DNA of 64,000 nt, from the NCBI GenBank assembly GCA_963809955.1, contig CAWELQ010000010.1:54667-118666 (forward strand), read 5' to 3'. The first letter of the stretch is position 1; each line of letters starts with the position of its first letter. This document shows positions 57,560-64,000 of the stretch, piece after piece. The notes under the pieces were generated by a model. That model was not told the DNA's origin, did no database searches, and worked only from the letters and a program-made list of their open reading frames with translations. A program made the position numbers and the translations under genes. Origin of the DNA: an uncultured delta proteobacterium (lineage in GTDB: Bacteria > Myxococcota_A > Polyangia > Polyangiales > Polyangiaceae).

Positions 57560-59933
57560 GAGTTCTCGAAGCGAGCTCGACGCCGGTGCGCCAGACGAAC
57601 GACAGTCGCGCGCCGCTGGCGCGTACGACCGGCCCGCACCCGACCAGCGGAGGGCGTCCGCTGGCCGCAGGCGAGGGCAACAGCTCCCCTCCTTGAATCT
57701 CCAAGATCTCGTCTGCCCAGGGCAGCTGCACTTCCAGACCATCCAGAGCGCGGCTGCTTTCGAGTCGGACGCGCTCACCCCGTTGCTCGAGGCCGAGCTC
57801 GGCAAGACGCTCTCCGCGGCTGCTCACCAGCGTCGCGCGACATTCCGTGCTGCCATCGAGCTTCCCCGACACGAGGCGCACGCCCTGGCCGAAATCGTAA
57901 TCGACCTCCGAGACCTGGCTCCCCACGGCCAAAAGCGAGTTCTGCCTGACCCAGAGGGGCATGCCAAAGAAGTCGAGCTCGTCGAAGTACCAGCGACCGC
58001 CGACCCGTACCTCGCCCGTGCACAGGTGCACCCATTCGCCCTCGGGAAGGTAGAACTCCGCGCGCTTCTCGTGAAATACCGGAGCCACGAGCAAGCCTGA
58101 GCCGAGCATGTATTGGCGATCGAGGGTACGGCAGGTGGGGTCGTCGGGGAACTCGAGCATCATGGCGCGCATCATGGGCACGTTGGTCTCGTGGCCCTCG
58201 ACCGCGGCATGCATCAGGTAAGGCATCAAGCGGCATTTCAGACGAGTGAAATGTCTGAGAACGCCCACGGCCTCTTCGTCGTAGAGCCATGGTACGCGGT
58301 AGGAAGTGCTGCCGTGGAGCCGACTGTGCGACGACATCAATCCAAAGCCGACCCATCGCTTGTAGACCGCCGCCGAAGCCTTGCTCTCGAAGCCCCCGAT
58401 ATCGTGGCTCCAGTATGCAAATCCCGAGAGCGTCAGCGAGAGCCCCCCGCGCAAGCTCTCCGCCATCGACTCGAAGCTGCCATAGCAGTCGCCCCCCCAG
58501 TGCACCGGGAACCTTTGACAAGTACCCGTCGCCGAGCGCGCGAACAAGCAGGCTTCACCCTTACCTCGCTCGCGCTCGAGCAGCTCGAAAACCGCGCGAT
58601 TGTACAGGTAGGTGTAGTATTGATGCATCAACTCGGGGGACGAACCGTCGTGGTAGACGACATCTGTCGGGATCTCCTCGCCGAAGTCGGTCTTGAAGCA
58701 ATCCACCCCCATGTCCATCAGCGCCTTGAGCCGATCTTGATACCAGGCAACGGCGTCGGGATTGGTGAAGTCGACATAGCCCATTCCTGCCTGCCATTTC
58801 GGCCGCTGATACACGTCCCCACTCGAACGCTTCAGCAGATAGCCGCGCTCGGCTCCTTCGTCGAAGAGGTGGGAGCGCTCGCCGATGTAGGGGTTGATCC
58901 AAACGCAGATTTTGAGCCCCTGTGCCTTCAAGCGGACCAGCATCCCTTCGGGATCGGGAAATACGTCCTCATCCCACTTGAAGTTGCACCAGTGATGGCC
59001 CTTCATCCAGAAGCAGTCGAAGTGAAAGACGTGCAGCGGGAGCTCTCGATCACGCATGCCCTGGATGTGTTCGGAAACGGTCTGCTCGTCGTAGTCGGTG
59101 AGAAACGACGTGGTGAGCCACAACCCGAAAGACCATGCCGGCGGCAGCGCAGGACGCCCGGTGAGCGCGCCCAGCGTGCTGAGCACCTGCTTCGGATCGG
59201 GACCGTAGATCAGGAAATAGTCCAGGTCCTCCCCCGGGACCGCGAACTGAGCGCGCATCACTTGCTCGGTCCCAATCTCGAAGGAAACGCGCGCCGTCGA
59301 ATTCACGAAGACGCCCCAGCCTCGGCTGGTCAAGAAGAAAGGCACGTCCTTGTAGCCCTTGTCGGAGCAGGTGCCGCAGTCCGAATTCCACATATCGACG
59401 GTCTGCCCATTGCGCGTGAAGGCGGAAAAGCGCTCACCGAGCCCGTAGACGTACTCGCCGACGCCGAGTGTGAGCTGGTCTCGAGTGAACCAACCGACGC
59501 CCTGCTTTTCCATGAGCCCCTGGGATTTGAATGGGCTCGAAGTGATGGGCTCGCCGCTCGCGGCATCCACGAACGTGATCGCATAGGGTTTCTTGTCGAT
59601 CTTGACGGCAAGTCTGCCCAAGCTGAGAGAGAGTGACTCGGCGTCGCTCTGGAGCTCGAGCGGCTCCGCGGGCGCAGCGAAGTCGAAACCAGCGGGGCGT
59701 TGCTGCACGCGCCCCTTGTGGTGGGAGACTTGCACGCGCACCACCGAAGGAGCGGGTGAAGTGAGGCGTACACTGAACATGTGACCTTCGAGGGTGCTCC
59801 CTCGGCTCTCGTCGAGCTTGCTCACCACGTGCAGCACGAGCTCCCTCTCCGTCGTTTCTATGCCATCAACGCGACTCAGATATGTCGGAACCACATCGTC
59901 GAGCATTCTCCAAGCGCCATTGCCAAAACGCAT
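57552..59933 (-). CDS. Glycoside hydrolase family 31 (alpha-xylosidase YicI-like)
   Basis: GVDCFKTDFGE (nucleophile region), CVWINPYI, HFDCFWMKGHHWCNFKWD; about 790 aa. Confidence 0.85.
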   Translation of the reverse strand: MRFGNGAWRMLDDVVPTYLSRVDGIETTERELVLHVVSKLDESRGSTLEGHMFSVRLTSPAPSVVRVQVSHHKGRVQQRPAGFDFAAPAEPLELQSDAESLSLSLGRLAVKIDKKPYAITFVDAASGEPITSSPFKSQGLMEKQGVGWFTRDQLTLGVGEYVYGLGERFSAFTRNGQTVDMWNSDCGTCSDKGYKDVPFFLTSRGWGVFVNSTARVSFEIGTEQVMRAQFAVPGEDLDYFLIYGPDPKQVLSTLGALTGRPALPPAWSFGLWLTTSFLTDYDEQTVSEHIQGMRDRELPLHVFHFDCFWMKGHHWCNFKWDEDVFPDPEGMLVRLKAQGLKICVWINPYIGERSHLFDEGAERGYLLKRSSGDVYQRPKWQAGMGYVDFTNPDAVAWYQDRLKALMDMGVDCFKTDFGEEIPTDVVYHDGSSPELMHQYYTYLYNRAVFELLERERGKGEACLFARSATGTCQRFPVHWGGDCYGSFESMAESLRGGLSLTLSGFAYWSHDIGGFESKASAAVYKRWVGFGLMSSHSRLHGSTSYRVPWLYDEEAVGVLRHFTRLKCRLMPYLMHAAVEGHETNVPMMRAMMLEFPDDPTCRTLDRQYMLGSGLLVAPVFHEKRAEFYLPEGEWVHLCTGEVRVGGRWYFDELDFFGMPLWVRQNSLLAVGSQVSEVDYDFGQGVRLVSGKLDGSTECRATLVSSRGERLAELGLEQRGERVRLESSRALDGLEVQLPWADEILEIQGGELLPSPAASGRPPLVGCGPVVRASGARLSFVWRTGVELASRTHG

Positions 59934-60204
59934 CGTTCCTCCGCGAACCAATCTTTCCGTGCCCCCGCGCTCCGCGGTTCACTCCACGCGAGGAGTGGGC
60001 TCTCCTGGTTCGGGGGCCCCGAAGACTCACACATTTTGCCTGCCATTCAAGAGCTAAGCGCCGCGGCAACAGCAGCGCGCGCCCGGATCACAAAGCTCCA
60101 CTGCCGCTTTGACTCGTTTTGCAACTCGGACAAAAAATCTGACACCAAAGTCTGCCCTGGAGCGACATACCGGCGCAGTGGGACTCAACCAGTCGCGCGC
60201 GCCC

Positions 60205-62307
60205 TTAGACAGTCACGCGCACCCTGCAGCTGAGCTCGATCTGGGAGCTAGAGCGGCCGACCTGCAGCTCCAGTGGCCCGGGCTCCAGGCAGAACCGTCC
60301 CTCCTGGGTGCTCCAGGTGGCAAGCTGCTCGGCGCGGACCTCCAGACTCACGCTCACCGTTTCGCGCGGCGCGAGCGACACCCGGCGGAAGTCGACCAGC
60401 TGCTTCAGGGGCCGTTTGAGCTTCGATTCCGGATAGCGCACGTAAAGCTGAACCACTTCGTCCCCGGGTCGTTCACCTGTATTGCTGAGCTCAACGGCGA
60501 GCGAGAGGCTCCCTTCGCCGCGCAGCTCGGCCTGCGCCACGCTGAGTGCGGCGTAGTCGAAGGTGGTGTAGCTGAGCCCGTGACCGAACGGATAGAGCGG
60601 TGGCTCCCTGGAGTACAAGTAAGTGCGACCGTGAGTCAGATCGTAGTCGAGCATGTCCGGTAGCTGACCGAGCGAGCGCGGCCAGGTCTGAACGGTCCGT
60701 CCCCCCGGATTCACGTCGCCGAACAGCACGTCCGAAAGCGCCCTCCCCAGCTCCTGGCTCGAGTGCGTCACATGGACGATCGCGGGCAGGTGGTCTTGCG
60801 ACCAAACGATGGCATAGGGGAAGCTGCTGACCAGTACCAAGACGGTGTTGGGGTTGGCCGCAAACACCTTTTCGATGAAACGCTCGTCCTCGAGCTCCAG
60901 GCTCTGCCGGTCCACAGCTTCCTTGCCATAGCTCTTGCGTGTCACCTCGGCCCAACGGTCGTCACCGGTAGGGTGATTGCCGGCGCACACGATGCACACG
61001 TCACAGCGCCTGGCTGCGGCGAGGGCCGCGCTCAGGTCGTTGTTGGTCACCGACTCGATGCGCACCCTGTCTGCGGCCCGCGCCCGGATGCCCTCCAGGG
61101 GACTCAACAGGTACGGAGGCGTGCCCGCGTACCAATCGATGTACACTCGATCCGCCAGCGGACCCAGGACGGCGATCGATGTGGTCTCGTCCGTCAGCGG
61201 GAGAAGCCCGCCCTCGTTCTTGAGCAGTACCACCGACTTCTGCGTCACCACTCGGCACAGCTCATGCGTCGCCGGATCTCGCCAAGGGGGGCCCTCCACT
61301 CGCGCGTACGGAACGCTACCCTCGGGGTCGAACAGCCCCAGGCGCAGCATCACGCGAAACGTGCGGCGCAGCGCTTCGTCCAGATCCGTTTCACTGAGCC
61401 TGCCGGACGCGAGTGCTTGCTCGGCACCCTCGCGGTATTCACCCAAAAACTGGGTGACCCCTGCTTCGACCGAGCGAGCCACAGCCTCCGCCATATCTCC
61501 GCAGGCCTTGTGCTCGCTCACCAGAAACCCGGTCGCATGTGCATCGGTGCAGACGATGCCGTGCTGTTGCCACTGCTCGACCGCCACCTGCCGCACGATG
61601 GGGTGGAGCGTGCACGGGATGCCATTGACCGCGTTGTAGGCCGTCATGAATGCGCGCGATCCGCCGTCGACGACGGCGGCGCGAAACGGAGCCAAGTAGT
61701 ATTCGTGAAGCAAGCGCTCGTCGAAATCCGAGGACGTGTGCTCGCGTCCGTTCTCGTTGCTGTTGGCAAGGAAATGCTTCAAGAGCGACGCCGTCTGCCA
61801 ATACCTCGGATGCGAGCCCTGCAGCCCGCGTACGTAGGCAACCGCCATGCGCGAAACCAGGGTCGGATCCTCGCCGAAGCACTCCTCGGTGCGGCCCCAG
61901 CGAGGGTCGCGACCCAGGTCGGCGTTGGGCGCGCGCACCACCAAACCACCGCGCAAGTGCTCAGGCGCGTGAAAATAGTAGCGGGCCTCGCGTGCCTCGG
62001 CAGCGGCCACCTGCTGAATCAGGCCGGGGTCCCAGGTGGCGGCGAGGCCGATGGCCTGCGGAAACGTCGTGGTGGGCAGCGGGTCGTTGCCCCCCCACGA
62101 CCCAGGGCCCCCTTGAGCCAGACCATGCAAGCCTTCGACGTGGCCCGAAGCCCTCAGGCCCAAACGTGGCACACTGGGGTTCGTTCCGAGGCAATCCAGC
62201 TTTTCCTCGAGCGTGAGCAGGGCAAGCAGGCTGTCCACGCGCTCTTCGTCGGACAAGTCGGGGTTGCGAAAGGCCATCTGCTCGGGCGAGTTCACCATGT
62301 TTTTCAT
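60205..62307 (-). CDS. Glycoside hydrolase family 3 (beta-glucosidase/beta-xylosidase) with C-terminal Fn3-like domain
   Basis: N-terminal (beta/alpha)8 GH3 domain landmarks, central alpha/beta sandwich, C-terminal beta domain; 700 aa. Confidence 0.85.
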   Translation of the reverse strand: MKNMVNSPEQMAFRNPDLSDEERVDSLLALLTLEEKLDCLGTNPSVPRLGLRASGHVEGLHGLAQGGPGSWGGNDPLPTTTFPQAIGLAATWDPGLIQQVAAAEAREARYYFHAPEHLRGGLVVRAPNADLGRDPRWGRTEECFGEDPTLVSRMAVAYVRGLQGSHPRYWQTASLLKHFLANSNENGREHTSSDFDERLLHEYYLAPFRAAVVDGGSRAFMTAYNAVNGIPCTLHPIVRQVAVEQWQQHGIVCTDAHATGFLVSEHKACGDMAEAVARSVEAGVTQFLGEYREGAEQALASGRLSETDLDEALRRTFRVMLRLGLFDPEGSVPYARVEGPPWRDPATHELCRVVTQKSVVLLKNEGGLLPLTDETTSIAVLGPLADRVYIDWYAGTPPYLLSPLEGIRARAADRVRIESVTNNDLSAALAAARRCDVCIVCAGNHPTGDDRWAEVTRKSYGKEAVDRQSLELEDERFIEKVFAANPNTVLVLVSSFPYAIVWSQDHLPAIVHVTHSSQELGRALSDVLFGDVNPGGRTVQTWPRSLGQLPDMLDYDLTHGRTYLYSREPPLYPFGHGLSYTTFDYAALSVAQAELRGEGSLSLAVELSNTGERPGDEVVQLYVRYPESKLKRPLKQLVDFRRVSLAPRETVSVSLEVRAEQLATWSTQEGRFCLEPGPLELQVGRSSSQIELSCRVRVTV

Positions 62308-62376
62308 GGTACCCCGTGCGCCGTGCCTTCTCTCGAAGAAATCTGAGCCCTAGCCGGAACGCCAAACGTCCTAGTC

Positions 62377-63294
62377 TTGCACCGGTCGCCCCGGTGCCGC
62401 GCCGCGCTCGACCATTCGAAACCGCCAAGCGCCGTTGACACATCCTTCGGCCAAGGGCAAACCTTCGCGCCATCACTCGCGCCGCAGCGCCCCCGCCTCC
62501 AGCAAACACAAAAGGCTATCAAATGTCGCACTCCCCGCACCGTTCGCTGTGTACGCCGTCTGCTTCCGAAGCAGGCGACTCCGAAGTGGTTCGCACGTTG
62601 CCGCGATGTCTTGGGGCCGCCCTGGCCGTTGTCGCTTTGGCCCCGGGGTGTCTTTGCCCACCCTGCACCGCGGGGCCGGCGGCAGGCAACGCGGGCGGCG
62701 ACGCCGCGGCTAGTGAGGGCGCCTCCGCGAGCAAGGCGGCCGCATCCGGTGACGACGGAGATCATCTGGGACGGAGACTCGGTAGGGGGCAAGGCCCAGG
62801 GCTGGGCGGACTGCGATGACAAGCCCAAGTGCAAGACGAAGGTGGGCGTCGCCAACGGCGAAGGCGTCGACGGCAGCGCGGCAGTCGTCTTTCATGGAGA
62901 CGGCGCCAAATGGCTCGGCATGGGCTGGAACTGGTTCGGCTGGTGGCCTGAAACGGCGGGTACCGACATCAGTCCCTACGATACGCTCAGGTTCTCGATC
63001 CGAGTGGTGGTGGCCGACCCCAAGCAAGCGCCAGAACCCGCGGGCATGACCGTGGCGCTGCGTTGCAGCGCGGGCAAGAAGAACAGCGCCTCTGTATCTC
63101 TTGAAAAATACTTGAAAAACCCTGGGGACGGCAAATGGCACGAGGTGGAAATCCCGCTCCAGGAGTTCTACAAGGGCAAAGAAGGCAAGCAATTCGATCC
63201 GAAGACGGCCTGGGAGATGAATCTGGGCACGTGGGCAAGCAATCACCGGACCTTCGACATCTATTTGGACAACATCGCGGCGATCAAGAAGTGA
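62377..63294 (+). CDS. Secreted Trp-rich beta-sandwich (carbohydrate-binding-module-like) protein; possible frameshift between signal peptide and mature domain
   Basis: Mature domain (from about 62755) WDGDSVGGKAQGWADCDDKPKC...WLGMGWNWFGWWPE...KWHEVEIPLQEFYKGKEGKQFDPKTAWEMNLGTW has no in-frame signal. A lipoprotein-type signal (LGAALAVVALAPGC) is encoded in the -1 frame at 62523-62760. Confidence 0.4.
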   Translation: MHRSPRCRAALDHSKPPSAVDTSFGQGQTFAPSLAPQRPRLQQTQKAIKCRTPRTVRCVRRLLPKQATPKWFARCRDVLGPPWPLSLWPRGVFAHPAPRGRRQATRAATPRLVRAPPRARRPHPVTTEIIWDGDSVGGKAQGWADCDDKPKCKTKVGVANGEGVDGSAAVVFHGDGAKWLGMGWNWFGWWPETAGTDISPYDTLRFSIRVVVADPKQAPEPAGMTVALRCSAGKKNSASVSLEKYLKNPGDGKWHEVEIPLQEFYKGKEGKQFDPKTAWEMNLGTWASNHRTFDIYLDNIAAIKK

Positions 63295-63404
63295 TGCCCG
63301 CACTATCCGCACGACCCGCGTCACCCGACGCCGGGCCGGGGACGAAGCCGTTTGAATCAGTGAGCAACTTCATCTACCAAGAGGGGCTGGAGGAAAGAGA
63401 GCGC

Positions 63405-63944
63405 GTGAACGAGACGAACAGGCCGCCCCGCTGGGCTCCTCGCAGTGGCGCTGCACTTCTGCTGGCAAGCGCTTGGGCGCTAGCGGCGTGCGCCGGGGCA
63501 CCCCTCGGCGCCTCCGACGCGAACCTGGCCAAAGCCAAAGATCAGACCTCACTCGGCGCGAAAGTCTACGCGGCGAACTGCTCGGGCTGCCATGGCGATC
63601 GAGGCCAGGGACGGCGCGGCCCCCAGTTGATGGGCCCCGGTGCTTTGCCCGAATATCCTCGGGATTCTTCGGATACCAGCCGGCAATTCACCGATCCACA
63701 AGAGATCGACCAGCAAGTGCAGACCCGCCCTCCTGGCACACCTTCGCGGGAGCCGTTCGAAAACGCGGGTGACGTGTTCAGCTTCGTGAGCACACAAATG
63801 CCGCCGGGCAAACAGGCCGGCAGCTTGAAACCGGATGAGTATTGGGCGGTCGTGAACTTCGTTCTGGTCGCCCACGGAGTGCCCGTGCCGGCAGGAGGCG
63901 TGACCCCCGAGAATGCGTCGTCCATCGGGCTCGAGCCTCGGTAG
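63405..63944 (+). CDS. Mono-heme c-type cytochrome lipoprotein
   Basis: Signal plus lipobox RSGAALLLASAWALAACAG; heme site CSGCH; distal Met MPPGK. An alternative ATG at 63294 overlaps the upstream stop (TGATG). Confidence 0.65.
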   Translation: MNETNRPPRWAPRSGAALLLASAWALAACAGAPLGASDANLAKAKDQTSLGAKVYAANCSGCHGDRGQGRRGPQLMGPGALPEYPRDSSDTSRQFTDPQEIDQQVQTRPPGTPSREPFENAGDVFSFVSTQMPPGKQAGSLKPDEYWAVVNFVLVAHGVPVPAGGVTPENASSIGLEPR

Positions 63945-64000
63945 GCCCCAGCAAGCGGAAGCAGATTCGCTGCGGACCGTCCCCAATTGGGGGCATTTGG

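Noticed and set aside
1-64000. CRISPR arrays, tRNA/rRNA genes, transposases, integrases, phage structural genes
   Set aside because: No spaced direct-repeat arrays and no recognisable RNA gene or recombinase motifs found on reading either strand; the only tandem repeats are the 15-mer at 11591-11650 and codon-level (Pro, coiled-coil) repeats inside genes

Overview
The window is high-GC (about 70%) and gene-dense, with the hallmarks of a myxobacterial (Myxococcota, probably Sorangiineae-like) chromosome. I did not find one clearly novel system; the strongest leads are a CheB-CheR-PAS methylation protein paired with a PAS hybrid histidine kinase, a pilB-pilT pair that lacks pilC and the rest of the pil set, and a roughly 70-bp repeat bracketing a kinase module.

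Other supporting features are three eukaryotic-like Ser/Thr kinases (one next to an FHA protein, one next to a PEGA-domain protein), a secreted protein with a MYXO-CTERM-type sorting tail, and a PilB-PilT motor pair. It also has a sigma-54 enhancer-binding protein, a flotillin/NfeD pair, giant TPR proteins, fibro-slime-domain and Cys-rich metal-binding-repeat lipoproteins, and many TGATG/ATGA translationally coupled gene junctions.

Readable content, 5' to 3': rpsT; STPK plus a PEGA secreted protein; an acs/nucleotidyltransferase/HAD coupled triplet; lipoproteins; a PilZ-plus-coiled-coil operon; a PBP-like transpeptidase; a Pro-rich lipoprotein preceded by a 15-bp tandem repeat; STPK; a MYXO-CTERM protein; a NUDIX / zinc-ribbon membrane protein / PAP2 trio; a fibro-slime protein; a rhodanese-ThiF/MoeB E1-like enzyme; an FHA-STPK(TPR) pair; pilB-pilT; two outer-membrane beta-barrels; DUF924; flotillin plus NfeD; a sigma-54 activator; a 963-aa TPR membrane protein; purF; HMG-CoA lyase; a cyclophilin; DUF192; two Cys-rich lipoproteins; the CheB-CheR-PAS fusion; a PAS hybrid histidine kinase; a heterodimeric ABC exporter pair; and a xyloglucan-type sugar-utilisation set (SBP, two permeases, GH31, GH3); finally a probably frameshifted CBM-like secreted protein coupled to a c-type cytochrome.

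No rRNA, tRNA, CRISPR array, transposase or integrase was recognised. Everything rests on by-eye reading of the ORF translations and local DNA; no database search was run.
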